This document shows, in pieces, positions 17,441-26,607 of a stretch of DNA of 64,000 nucleotides. A program made the position numbers and the translations under genes. Location: assembly GCA_963737425.1 (NCBI GenBank), contig CAVTSX010000008.1, positions 353,681 through 417,680 of the forward strand. Reading direction: 5' to 3'. Source of the DNA: an uncultured Actinomycetota bacterium. Its GTDB lineage: Bacteria; Actinomycetota; Actinomycetes; Mycobacteriales; Jatrophihabitantaceae. Within the stretch, counting starts at the first letter, position 1, and each line of letters begins with the position of its first letter. The notes under the pieces are model-generated. The model saw only the letters and a program-made list of their open reading frames with translations. It made no database searches and was not told the origin of the DNA.

Positions 17441-17492
17441 CGGGGCAGCGTGACCGAGCCCGCTCGTACCGGCAAGCTGCGAGACTGGGCGG

Positions 17493-18797
17493 GTGACTGA
17501 CGCCCCCGTCTCCGCCGCTCTGTTCGATCGTGCCCAGCGGGTGATTCCGGGCGGCGTCAACTCACCGGTTCGAGCGTTTCGGGCGGTGGGCGGCACGCCT
17601 CGATTCATGGTCAGCGGGCGCGGCCCGTATCTCACCGATGCCGACGGGCGCGAGTACGTCGACCTTGTCGCGTCGTGGGGGCCGATGATCCTCGGACACG
17701 CCCACCCGGCGGTCGTCGAGGCCGCGCAAGCCGCCGCGGTGCACGGTCTTTCGTTCGGGACGCCGACCGAGGGCGAGGTCGAACTCGCCGAGGAGATCGT
17801 CGCGCGGGTGGCGCCGGTCGAGCAGGTTCGGCTCGTCAACTCCGGCACCGAGGCCACCATGAGCGCGATCCGCCTGGCCCGCGGCGTCACCGGCCGGCAC
17901 CGGGTCGTGAAGTTCGCCGGCTGCTACCACGGCCATGTCGATGCATTGCTTGCCGCCGCAGGCTCCGGAGTCGTCACGTTCGGGCTGCCCGACACGCCGG
18001 GCGTCACGGGTGCGCAGACGGCCGAGACGATCGTCCTGCCCTACAACGACCTGCCCGCCGTCGAGGCGGTGTTCGCCGAGCAGGGCGGCGACATTGCGTG
18101 CGTCATCACCGAGGCGGCCGCGGGAAACATGGGCGCTGTGGCGCCGCTGCCCGGATTCAATGCGGGCCTGCGCGAGATCACGGCACGGCACGGCGCGCTG
18201 CTGATCAGCGACGAAGTGATGACCGGTTTCCGGGTTTCTGCATCGGGTTGGTACGGCCTCGATCCCGTCGACGCCGACCTGTTCACGTTCGGCAAGGTGA
18301 TGAGCGGCGGGCTGCCGGCTGCTGCCTTCGGTGGGCGGGCCGATGTCATGGCGCGGCTGGCCCCGGCCGGGCCGGTCTACCAGGCGGGCACGCTGTCGGG
18401 CAATCCGGTGGCGGTGGCGGCCGGGCTCGTGACGCTGCGCAACTGCACGCCCGAGGTCTACGCCCGGCTTGACCTCGTGGCGACCACGATCGGCCGTCTG
18501 GCGTCAGAAGCCCTTACCGCACAAGGAGTTGCGCATCGCGTGCAGTACGCGGGCAACCTGTTCTCGGTGTTCTTCAGCGAGACGCCGGTGACGAACTTCG
18601 CGCAGGCGCAGGCGGCCGAGACGTTCCGGTACCGGCCCTTCTTCCACGCCATGCTCGATGCCGGGGTGTACCTGCCGCCGAGCGCGTTCGAGGCGTGGTT
18701 CGCGACTGCCGCGCACGACGATGCCGCGGTTGAGCGCATCGCGGCGGCGCTGCCGGTCGCGGCGAAGGCCGCCGCCTCGGCGCAGGCGCCGTCATGA
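17493..18797 (+). CDS. hemL: Glutamate-1-semialdehyde 2,1-aminomutase
   Basis: [12 protein letters not shown], class III aminotransferase body, [10 protein letters not shown] (PLP lysine). Confidence 0.95.
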   Translation: MTDAPVSAALFDRAQRVIPGGVNSPVRAFRAVGGTPRFMVSGRGPYLTDADGREYVDLVASWGPMILGHAHPAVVEAAQAAAVHGLSFGTPTEGEVELAEEIVARVAPVEQVRLVNSGTEATMSAIRLARGVTGRHRVVKFAGCYHGHVDALLAAAGSGVVTFGLPDTPGVTGAQTAETIVLPYNDLPAVEAVFAEQGGDIACVITEAAAGNMGAVAPLPGFNAGLREITARHGALLISDEVMTGFRVSASGWYGLDPVDADLFTFGKVMSGGLPAAAFGGRADVMARLAPAGPVYQAGTLSGNPVAVAAGLVTLRNCTPEVYARLDLVATTIGRLASEALTAQGVAHRVQYAGNLFSVFFSETPVTNFAQAQAAETFRYRPFFHAMLDAGVYLPPSAFEAWFATAAHDDAAVERIAAALPVAAKAAASAQAPS

Positions 18798-18830
18798 CCC
18801 GCCGCCTGGCGGGGACGGGGGCTGGCGGCC

Positions 18831-19463
18831 GTGACTGAGCGGATCGTTCACCTGCTGCGGCACGGCGAGGTCTACAACCCCGATCGGGTGCTCTACGGGC
18901 GGCTGCCGGGCTTCCACCTCTCGCAGCACGGCCTGGACCAGGCGGAACAGGCCGCTGATTTCCTCGCCGCGCGCGACATCGACTACGTCGTCTCGTCGCC
19001 GCTCGAACGCGCGCAGCAGACGGCGCAGTCGCTGGCCAAACGGCTCGGGCTGCCGGTCGAGGTGGACGAACGGCTGATCGAGGCCGAGAACCACCTCGAG
19101 GGCAAGCACGTCGCCGGTGGCCCTGGCCTGTTCACCGACACGGCCAACTGGAAGTACCTGCGCAATCCGCTGCGCCCGTCCTGGGGTGAGCCGTACCTGC
19201 AGATCGCCGAGCGGGTGCTCGCGGCCACGCTGGCGGCCCGCGATGCGTCCGACGGGCGTGAGGCCGTGTGCGTGTCGCACCAGTTGCCGATCGTGGCGGC
19301 GCGCCGCTACGTCGAGGGCAAGCGACTCTTCCACGACCCGCGCAAGCGGCAATGCGCGCTCGCGTCGGTCACGTCGTTCACGTTCGTGGACGACGTGGTG
19401 GTGCGGGTCGGCTATGCCGAACCGGCCGGCGCCACTCCGAGCGGCGCCGTGGCCGGCGCATGA
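18831..19463 (+). CDS. Histidine phosphatase (phosphoglycerate mutase-like) family protein
   Basis: RHG catalytic motif (IVHLLRHGEV), SSPLERAQQTA, VSHQLPI. Confidence 0.85.
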   Translation: MTERIVHLLRHGEVYNPDRVLYGRLPGFHLSQHGLDQAEQAADFLAARDIDYVVSSPLERAQQTAQSLAKRLGLPVEVDERLIEAENHLEGKHVAGGPGLFTDTANWKYLRNPLRPSWGEPYLQIAERVLAATLAARDASDGREAVCVSHQLPIVAARRYVEGKRLFHDPRKRQCALASVTSFTFVDDVVVRVGYAEPAGATPSGAVAGA

Positions 19464-19512
19464 GCCGCCCGGCGTCAAGGTCCACAGGTGCATCTTGCAC
19501 ACTGGTTGCCTG

Positions 19513-20094
19513 ATGAAACGCCTGCTTGCTCTGCTTACCTGTGCGCTACTTGCCGTGACCGCCTGCAGCGGTGGCACGGACGCCGTCGACCAGTCCGCCG
19601 GTGGGCAGTTCCGGTTCATCGGCGCTACTCCGCACGGCAAGACGATCGCGGTCGGTAGCCGAAAGACCGCGGGCGACGTGAGTGGCGACCTGCTCGGCAA
19701 GGGCACGTTCAGCCTCGCGGCGCAGAAGGGCAAGGTGGTCGTCCTCAACTTCTGGGCCTCCTACTGCGGCCCGTGCCGAACCGAGTCGCCCAACTTCGAC
19801 AAGCTCAACCGGCAGATGAAGGGCCAGGACGTCGAGTTCGTCGGCCTCGATATCAAGGAGGTCGGCCGCGACGCGCCGACCGCGTTCATCCGCGACTTCA
19901 AGATCACCTACCCGAGTGTGTGGGACCCGAAGGCCAAGTCCGCGTTGCAGCTTGGCAAGTTGCCCGTGGTGACCGCTGGCTTGCCCTGGACGGTCCTCAT
20001 CGACAAGCAGCAGCGGGTCGCGGCCGTCTACATCGGCGAGGTGCTCCCGGCCGACGTCGAGCCGGCCCTCAAATCGCTGCTCGCCGAGTCCTGA
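19513..20094 (+). CDS. resA: TlpA/ResA-like thiol-disulfide oxidoreductase lipoprotein
   Basis: Start MKRLLALLTCALLAVTACSGG (lipobox). Thioredoxin motif NFWASYCGPC. Upstream of ccdA-resB-ccsB. Confidence 0.85.
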   Translation: MKRLLALLTCALLAVTACSGGTDAVDQSAGGQFRFIGATPHGKTIAVGSRKTAGDVSGDLLGKGTFSLAAQKGKVVVLNFWASYCGPCRTESPNFDKLNRQMKGQDVEFVGLDIKEVGRDAPTAFIRDFKITYPSVWDPKAKSALQLGKLPVVTAGLPWTVLIDKQQRVAAVYIGEVLPADVEPALKSLLAES

Positions 20095-20134
20095 TCCCCA
20101 TGACGACCCTCCCCGCCTCGGCCCGCTCGCTCGT

Positions 20135-20911
20135 GTGGGATCTCGGCTCGTGACCGCCGTCCTGGCCAATGGCTTCACCACGACCGTCACCGACGGCTCG
20201 CTGTTCGCGGCCGCCGGAGTGGCCGCCCTGGTCGGGCTGATCGGCTTCCTCTCGCCGTGCGTGCTGCCGCTGGTTCCGGGCTACCTGTCCTACGTTGCGG
20301 GCCTGTCCGGATCCCAGGAGCAGCCGCGGCCGAGACGGATGATCGTCGGCGCGCTGCTCTTCGTCGCAGGCTTCACCGCCATCTACGTCGCCGAAGGCGC
20401 GCTGTTCGGCAGCCTGGGCGAGGCGATCCGCAACCACACCGTCGCGATCGAGCGGGTGCTCGGCGCCGTCACCATCGTGTTCGGGCTGGTCTTCATCGGC
20501 TGGTTCCCCTTGCTGCAAAGGGAGATTCGCTTTCACCGGCTGCCGCGCGCGGGCCTCGCCGGGGCCCCGCTGCTGGGGGTGGCGTTCGGCCTGGCCTGGG
20601 CCCCTTGCCTCACCCCGACGCTCGGCGCCGTGACCTCGCTCGCCTACACCCAGGGCACCGCCGGACGCGGCGCCTTGCTCATGGTGTTCTACTGCATCGG
20701 CCTCGGCGTCCCGTTCGTGCTCGTGGCGGCCGGCATCGGTTGGGTGTCGGGCGCCCTAGGCCTGGTCCGCCGGCACGGCCGGGTGGTGAGCCAGGTCGGC
20801 GGCGTGCTGCTGATCGTCATCGGCATCCTGCTCGTGACCGGCACCTGGGATCACTGGATGATCGAATTGCGCTCGCACTTCAGCACATCCGGCGTCGGGT
20901 CGGGCCTGTGA
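20135..20911 (+). CDS. ccdA: Cytochrome c biogenesis thiol-reductant transporter CcdA
   Basis: FLSPCVLPLVPGYLSY and WAPCLTPTLG Cys motifs, six hydrophobic segments. Confidence 0.9.
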   Translation: MGSRLVTAVLANGFTTTVTDGSLFAAAGVAALVGLIGFLSPCVLPLVPGYLSYVAGLSGSQEQPRPRRMIVGALLFVAGFTAIYVAEGALFGSLGEAIRNHTVAIERVLGAVTIVFGLVFIGWFPLLQREIRFHRLPRAGLAGAPLLGVAFGLAWAPCLTPTLGAVTSLAYTQGTAGRGALLMVFYCIGLGVPFVLVAAGIGWVSGALGLVRRHGRVVSQVGGVLLIVIGILLVTGTWDHWMIELRSHFSTSGVGSGL

Positions 20912-22458
20912 ACAATGCCGTCCGGATAGCCCGCCGGTGGTGGCGTCGGCTGATCAGCATGCGTACGGCGCTGGTGCTGCTGTTCCTGCTGGCCCTCGCT
21001 GCCGTGCCGGGTTCGTTGCTTCCGCAGCGTCCGCTGAATCCGACCAAGGTCGACGCCTACCTCAAATCCCACGGTGCCTGGGGTCGCCTGCTCGATCGCC
21101 TCGGCATGTACGACGTCTTCGGCTCGGCGTGGTTCGCGGCCATCTATCTGCTGCTTTTCGTGTCGCTGGTCGGCTGCCTGATCCCGCGCATCCGGGTGCA
21201 CGGCCGCGCCATGCTCGCCAAGCCGCTGCGCGCGCCGAAGAATCTCGATCGGTTGCCTGAGTCCGGACGCTTCGACAGCGGCGACTCGGCGGAGGAGTAC
21301 GCCCGTGCTGCCCGGGCGGTACTCGGGCGCCGCTGGCGGGTCACGCGCCGCGACGAGCCGTCCGGGGCGATCACGCTCTCGGCCGAGAAGGGCTACAGCC
21401 GCGAGACCGGCAACCTGATCTTCCACATCGGGCTGCTGACCGCCTTGATACTGATCGCGGTCGGGCGGCTGTACCACTACGAAGGGTCGATCATCGTCCA
21501 GCAGGGGCAGGGCTTCTGCAACGTCGTGACGTCCTACGACTCGTGGCGGCCCGGACGCCTCGCTGCCGAGGGCAAAATCGGGCCCGCACCGTTCTGCGTC
21601 GACAACCTCGACCGGTTCACCGCCGACTACCTGCCAGACGGCGAGGCGTCCCAGTTCTCCGCCGCCGTCACGTACTCGCTCGGCGCGGACGGCCAGCCGC
21701 GGCATCACGTCATCTCCGTCAACCACCCGCTGCGGCTCGAAGGCGATCGCCTTTACCTGATCGGACACGGCTACGCGCCGAAGATCACCGTGCGGATGCC
21801 GGACGGCTCGGTGCGCCACGACCAGGCGGCGTTCATTCCGACGCAGCCCGAGACGCTGCTTTCCGAGGGGGCGTTCCAGGAGCAGGGCAAGCCGGACGCC
21901 AACCAGGACATCGGCATCGAGGGCTTCTTCGCGCCGACCCCGCTGAACACGGGCAACGGTGTCATCACGTCGGCCGCGCCGCAGGCCAACAACCCGGTGC
22001 TCGGCATCTTCATTTACCAGGGCGCGCTGAACCCGAACGGTTTGCCCCAGTCCGTCTACACGCTGAACAAGACGAAGCTGCACCGGATCGGGCAGGCGAA
22101 TCTGAGTATCGGGCAGACGACGCGCCTGCCGAACGGGGTCACCGTCACCTTCGACGGCTGGGTTCCGTGGGCCAGCATGCAGGTCTCGCACGATCCGACG
22201 CAGGGCTACCTGCTGATCGCGGCGGTGGCGATGGTGGTCGGGCTCATCGGCTCGCTGGGCATCCGAAGGCGGCGGCTGTGGCTGCGCATCACCCCAGCGG
22301 CCGCTGAGAATGAGGCCTCGCCTACCGTTGTTTCGGTGGGCGGGCTCGCCCGCAGCGACTCGGGCAACTTCACGACGGAGTTCGCCGGCATTCTCGAACG
22401 GCTCCGAGCCGCCGCGACGGTCGCCGAACCCAACCTGATTAGTGCAGGGAAGGAGTGA
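20908..22458 (+). CDS. resB: Cytochrome c biogenesis protein ResB (Ccs1)
   Basis: GTG start with GTGA overlap on the ccdA stop. WWRRLISMRTALVLLFLLALAAVPGSLLPQR N-terminus typical of ResB. The 733-aa track ORF begins inside ccdA in another frame and is rejected. Confidence 0.9.
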   Translation: MNNAVRIARRWWRRLISMRTALVLLFLLALAAVPGSLLPQRPLNPTKVDAYLKSHGAWGRLLDRLGMYDVFGSAWFAAIYLLLFVSLVGCLIPRIRVHGRAMLAKPLRAPKNLDRLPESGRFDSGDSAEEYARAARAVLGRRWRVTRRDEPSGAITLSAEKGYSRETGNLIFHIGLLTALILIAVGRLYHYEGSIIVQQGQGFCNVVTSYDSWRPGRLAAEGKIGPAPFCVDNLDRFTADYLPDGEASQFSAAVTYSLGADGQPRHHVISVNHPLRLEGDRLYLIGHGYAPKITVRMPDGSVRHDQAAFIPTQPETLLSEGAFQEQGKPDANQDIGIEGFFAPTPLNTGNGVITSAAPQANNPVLGIFIYQGALNPNGLPQSVYTLNKTKLHRIGQANLSIGQTTRLPNGVTVTFDGWVPWASMQVSHDPTQGYLLIAAVAMVVGLIGSLGIRRRRLWLRITPAAAENEASPTVVSVGGLARSDSGNFTTEFAGILERLRAAATVAEPNLISAGKE

Positions 22459-23519
22459 CGGTGGCAGTCAACTCGGGGCTCGCACACCTGTCCGACGGGC
22501 TGTTCACGACAGCCATCGCGACCTACTCGCTGGCCATGGCGTGCTACACGGCCGAGTACGCCTTCGGCCGCCGGGGGCGGGTGGCCCAGACCTCGCAGGT
22601 CGCCGAGCCTGCCCGCGTGCTCGTGGGTGCCGGTGGCCCGGCTGTCGATGATGCGCCGTCTGGGGGGCGGTCTTCCGGACCGTCTGCAGGGCCGCCTGCT
22701 GAGCGATCTGCTGCGCCGCCCGCCCAGGAGGCAGGCCGCGCCGCAGGTGATCGCTTCGGGCGGTTCGCCGTCACGCTCACCGTGTTGGGTGCGATCATCC
22801 ACACCGCCTCGGTCGCGCTGCGCGGCATCGCCGTCGACCGCGTGCCATGGGGCAACATGTACGAGTTCTCCGCCGTGGTTGGGCTGATCGCGGTGGTGGC
22901 GTTCCTCGGCGCGTTATGGCGGGCGCCGCAGATCCGCTACCTCGGCCTGTTCGTGATGCTGCCGGTCATATTGATCATGTTCCTGGCCGGCACGGTCCTG
23001 TACGCCAAGGCCGAGCCGCTCGTGCCGGCTCTGCAGTCGTACTGGCTGGCCATCCACGTCTCGGCGGCCGCCAGTTCCGAGGGCATCCTGATGACCAGTG
23101 CCGTCATCACCATGCTGTTCCTCATCCGCCAGCGCTACGACGTCGCGTCCAAGCAGCCCGGACGGCGCATAAGGTTCCCGGTTTCGCTCGGGGCCCGGCT
23201 GCCCGCGCCGGCCACGCTCGACAAGGTGGCCTACCGCACCGTCGCCTTCGCCTTCCCGATTTACACGTTCGGTGTCATCGCCGGCGCGATCTGGGCCGAG
23301 GCCGCGTGGGGGCGCTACTGGGGCTGGGACCCCAAGGAGACGTGGGCGTTCATCGCGTGGGTCATCTACGCCGCGTACCTGCACGCGCGCGCAACGGCCG
23401 GCTGGAAGGGTCGCGCCGCCGCCTGGATCAACCTGCTCGGCTTCGCCGCGATGACCTTCAACTTCTTCGTCGTCAACATCGTCATCTCCGGGCTGCACTC
23501 CTACGCCGGCCTGAACTAG
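22455..23519 (+). CDS. ccsB: c-type cytochrome biogenesis protein CcsB (ResC)
   Basis: Haem-handling WWD motif WGRYWGWDPKETW. GTGA overlap with resB. Pro/Ala/Gly-rich insert after TM1. Confidence 0.9.
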   Translation: MTVAVNSGLAHLSDGLFTTAIATYSLAMACYTAEYAFGRRGRVAQTSQVAEPARVLVGAGGPAVDDAPSGGRSSGPSAGPPAERSAAPPAQEAGRAAGDRFGRFAVTLTVLGAIIHTASVALRGIAVDRVPWGNMYEFSAVVGLIAVVAFLGALWRAPQIRYLGLFVMLPVILIMFLAGTVLYAKAEPLVPALQSYWLAIHVSAAASSEGILMTSAVITMLFLIRQRYDVASKQPGRRIRFPVSLGARLPAPATLDKVAYRTVAFAFPIYTFGVIAGAIWAEAAWGRYWGWDPKETWAFIAWVIYAAYLHARATAGWKGRAAAWINLLGFAAMTFNFFVVNIVISGLHSYAGLN

Positions 23520-23572
23520 CCGACGCCCGTCGCGCTCGGGGGGTTAGCCGGGCCGGTGTGGTGCCTTGTGGT

Positions 23573-23636
23573 GGGTGGGCAATTGGGCCGCTAGTGGGCA
23601 GTTATAAGTGCCCACCTGCGGGGTAAGTGCCCACCC
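23573..23636. repeat. 64-bp dyad element, family 1, copy B (intergenic, between convergent ccsB and the pfkB-type kinase gene)
   Basis: GGGTGGGCAATTGGGCCGCTAGTGGGCAGTTATAAGTGCCCACCTGCGGGGTAAGTGCCCACCC. Flanked by an imperfect 28-bp direct repeat (23538-23565 and 23646-23673). Confidence 0.85.
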
Positions 23637-23695
23637 GCGGGGCCCGGGGGTTCGGCCGGGCCGGTGCGGCGCCCCACTCGTGCAGAACGCGTGCG

Positions 23696-24772
23696 TCAGG
23701 CGTCCGAGGTCCGGGCAATCGTGGCGCTTGCCCGGCGGACGGCGCGCATCGGCCCGTCCGGCAGCACGTCGCCGAGGAATTCGTAGCCGTGCGCGAGGAC
23801 GGCGGCCGCCCGGGATCCGCCACGGGCGTGATCTTGCGCCGTGCTCAGCCAGTCGGCGAGGTCGCCCCAGCCCGGAGCCGCGAGCGAACCGCCGACCTGC
23901 TGCACGGAGAGCGCCGCGCACAGATTGGCGAAAGCCAGCCGGTGGCGCAGCGGCCACTCCCGCAACGTGCCGAGGATGAACGCGGCGGCGAAGACGTCGC
24001 CGGCGCCGGTGGCGTCGATCTCGTTGACGGGCAGTGAGGGCACCCACTCGTCCTCGCCCGTCATCGAGTCAACGGCGATCGCGCCCTGCCCGCCACACGT
24101 CACGACCGCGACCGGCACCGAGTCGGCGAGCTGCAGCAATGCTGCACGCGGATCTTCGGTGCGCGTGTAGGCCATCGCCTCGGTGCTGTTGGGCATGAAG
24201 GCGTAGAAGTTCTCCAACTGCGCGAGCAGGTCGGCTGACCACCGCTGGGTGGGATCCCAGCCGACATCGCCGAAGAGCCGCATGCCCTGGCCGCGCGCCT
24301 TGGTCACCCACGCCTCGCTGCCCTCGCCCAGATGCGCGACCCCGGCGGCGGCACGGGGTGGGTCGCCCGCCAGATCGCTCGACGGCATCGGCGCGGGATG
24401 GCTGTGCGTCACCATCGACCGATCGCGGTGCACGGCCAGCGACACGGTCACCGGCGAGTGCCAATCGGGAAAGCGCCGCGACCGGGACAAGTTCACGCCC
24501 TCCTGCTCCTCGAGCGTGCGCCACAGGAACTCGCCGTAGAGGTCGTCGCCGAACGCCGCGGACAGGCTGGTGCGCAGGCCCAGCCGGCTGGCCGCCACGG
24601 CCAGGTTGGCGATACCGCCCGGGCATGACCCCATGCCCTCGGCGAGCACTTCGGTGCCGCGGGCCGGCAACGACGGCAGCCCGGTCAGGACAACGTCGAA
24701 GAACACCGTGCCCTGCAAGAACACGTCGAACTCGGGCTCGTTCATCTGGCCACCTTGCCCCTCATCGCTCAT
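23696..24772 (-). CDS. PfkB-family carbohydrate kinase
   Basis: PfkB signature DATGAGDVFAAAF, N-terminal GG motif (SCPGGIANLAVA). Confidence 0.85.
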   Translation of the reverse strand: MSDEGQGGQMNEPEFDVFLQGTVFFDVVLTGLPSLPARGTEVLAEGMGSCPGGIANLAVAASRLGLRTSLSAAFGDDLYGEFLWRTLEEQEGVNLSRSRRFPDWHSPVTVSLAVHRDRSMVTHSHPAPMPSSDLAGDPPRAAAGVAHLGEGSEAWVTKARGQGMRLFGDVGWDPTQRWSADLLAQLENFYAFMPNSTEAMAYTRTEDPRAALLQLADSVPVAVVTCGGQGAIAVDSMTGEDEWVPSLPVNEIDATGAGDVFAAAFILGTLREWPLRHRLAFANLCAALSVQQVGGSLAAPGWGDLADWLSTAQDHARGGSRAAAVLAHGYEFLGDVLPDGPMRAVRRASATIARTSDA

Positions 24773-24899
24773 TCCTGATCGAGCCGGAGAGCATCCCCGC
24801 GATGAAATGCCGCTGCACGAAGATGGAGACGAGCACCACCGGCGCCGCGACGATCACCAAACCCGCTGCGAGCAACTGTGCTGACCTTGCAAGAACGCC
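24762..24899 (-). pseudogene. 3' remnant (about 45 codons) of a carbohydrate ABC transporter permease
   Basis: ...ARSAQLLAAGLVIVAAPVVLVSIFVQRHFIAGMLSGSIRNER* looks like the last TM and C-terminal tail of MalG/BPD-type permeases. The stop overlaps the kinase start as in an operon junction. Nothing permease-like lies upstream. Confidence 0.4.
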
Positions 24900-25071
24900 A
24901 GACCGAACAGAATCGTTCGGCGGTTCTCGCTGGTCGGACGCCCTATCGGCGCGAGAACCCGCCACGGTGTCGTCCAACTCGACGAGCCGTCGACGCGAGG
25001 GTCGGCCCGTCGCCGCATGGCCCAATTCACACTGATTCGCACACAGAAGTGTTCGGGTAACTTAGGTGCCC

Positions 25072-25206
25072 GTGACGACTGACGTCAAGGTGCTTTCGGC
25101 GATCGAGCGCCGCTGGCTGAAGATTCTTTCCGCCGTGCGGTCCGGCGATTGGGTGCAGGTCGCCGACCTCGCGGATCGGCTCGGCCTCTCGTGGGCGTCA
25201 TCGTGA
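25072..25206 (+). pseudogene. 44-codon winged-helix/DeoR-like HTH fragment (remnant or mini-ORF)
   Basis: Manual translation from GTG at 25072: VTTDVKVLSAIERRWLKILSAVRSGDWVQVADLADRLGLSWASS*. A second frame continues (...LVGVIVTDTDPEPALAGFTIEGVHA*) and ends in a GTGA overlap with the GH4 start at 25262. This suggests a frameshifted, internally deleted regulator. Confidence 0.3.
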
Positions 25207-25261
25207 CCGATACCGACCCGGAACCTGCCCTGGCCGGCTTCACGATCGAGGGGGTGCACGC

Positions 25262-26602
25262 GTGAAACTGGCCGTTCTCGGTGGCGGTGGGTTTCGGGTG
25301 CCGCAGGTGTACCGGGCCCTGCTCGGCGACACCGGCGAACCCCGGGTCACCGACGTCGCCCTCTACGACCCGTCGCCCGAACGTCTCGCGGTCATCGAGT
25401 CCGTGCTGGCGCAGCAGTCGGCCGGCGTCGCGGATGCGCCGCGGGTGGTCTCGACGTCTCACCTGTCAGAGGCGCTGGACGGCTCCGACTTCGTGTTCTC
25501 CGCAATTCGCGTCAGTGGCCTGGAGGGCCGTACCCGCGACGAACGCGTAGCCCTGCGGCTGGGTGTTCTCGGCCAGGAGACCACCGGCCCGGGCGGAATC
25601 GCCTTTGGCTTAAGGACAATCCCGACCGCGCTTCAGGTGGCCGAGCGGGTGGCCGCATTGTGCCCGGACGCGTACGTCATCAACTTCACCAACCCCGCCG
25701 GCATGATCACCGAGGCGATGCAGCGGGTTCTGGGCGAGAAGGTCATCGGCATCTGCGATACGCCCGAAGGGCTCGGCCGTCGCGTAGCCGCCGCCGTGGG
25801 CGTCAGCGCGTCGCAGGTGCAATTCGACTACGTCGGGCTCAACCATCTCGGCTGGATGCGTCGCGTGCTCTGCGACGGGCGAGATGTGCTGCCTGATCTG
25901 CTCGCCGACGACACCCGGCTGGCCGGCCTGGACGAGGCCGCGATCTTCGGCGTCCCGTGGCTGCGAACGTCGGGGTGCATCCCCAACGAGTACCTGTACT
26001 ACTACTACTTCAATCGCGACGCGATCCGGTCGATCCTCGATCACGGCGCGACGCGCGGCGAGTTCCTGCTCGGGCAGCAACGCGACTTCTACGCCGCGGC
26101 GGCGGCCGCACCCCAGCAGGCGTTCGAGCTGTGGCAGCGCACCGTCGACGAGCGAAGCGCGCTGTACATGGCCGAGGCCAAGCACGGCCGCGCCGAACCC
26201 GAGCCTGCGCAGGCGGGCGGTTACGAGCAGGTCGCGCTGGCGGTGATGACCGCGATCGCCCGCAACGAGCCGGCCACGATCATCCTGAATGTTCGCAACG
26301 GCACGGCCGTCGACGGCCTGGACGCCGACGCCGTCGTCGAGCTGCCGGCGCTCGTCGACTCGGCCGGGGTGCATCCACTACCTGTCCAGCCGCCCGACCT
26401 GCACCAGATCGGGCTGATGCAACAGGTCAAGGCGGTCGAGCGGTTCACGATCGAGGCGGCGGTGACCCGCTCGCCCGATGCGGCGCTGAAGGCGTTCGCG
26501 TTGCATCCCCTCGTCGATTCGGTTTCTGTGGCTCGCGATTTGCTGCGTGGCTACGTCGAGGCGATCCCCGAAGTGGCCTCCGCCCTGGGGCGGCGCGACT
26601 AG
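25262..26602 (+). CDS. Glycoside hydrolase family 4 (6-phospho-glucosidase-like)
   Basis: MKLAVLGGGGFRVPQ NAD-binding N-terminus, INFTNPAGMITEA, GICDTP, NHLGW. Confidence 0.85.
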   Translation: MKLAVLGGGGFRVPQVYRALLGDTGEPRVTDVALYDPSPERLAVIESVLAQQSAGVADAPRVVSTSHLSEALDGSDFVFSAIRVSGLEGRTRDERVALRLGVLGQETTGPGGIAFGLRTIPTALQVAERVAALCPDAYVINFTNPAGMITEAMQRVLGEKVIGICDTPEGLGRRVAAAVGVSASQVQFDYVGLNHLGWMRRVLCDGRDVLPDLLADDTRLAGLDEAAIFGVPWLRTSGCIPNEYLYYYYFNRDAIRSILDHGATRGEFLLGQQRDFYAAAAAAPQQAFELWQRTVDERSALYMAEAKHGRAEPEPAQAGGYEQVALAVMTAIARNEPATIILNVRNGTAVDGLDADAVVELPALVDSAGVHPLPVQPPDLHQIGLMQQVKAVERFTIEAAVTRSPDAALKAFALHPLVDSVSVARDLLRGYVEAIPEVASALGRRD

Positions 26603-26607
26603 CCGCG

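Noticed and set aside
19596-19612. Isolated GTGGGCA/TGCCCAC heptamers: CCGGTGGGCAGTTCCGG in resA at about 19600, and others at about 8062, 9133, 9664, 11178, 42644 and 46462.
   Set aside because: These are single cores without the four-core dyad layout. Such heptamers are expected by chance at this base composition.
22560-22760. Pro/Ala/Gly/Ser-rich insert after the first TM of CcsB (AQTSQVAEPARVLVGAGGPAVDDAPSGGRSSGPSAGPPAERSAAPPAQEAGRAAGD).
   Set aside because: Low-complexity cytoplasmic loops of this kind are common in actinobacterial CcsB/ResC. There is no repeat structure or frame anomaly at the DNA level.
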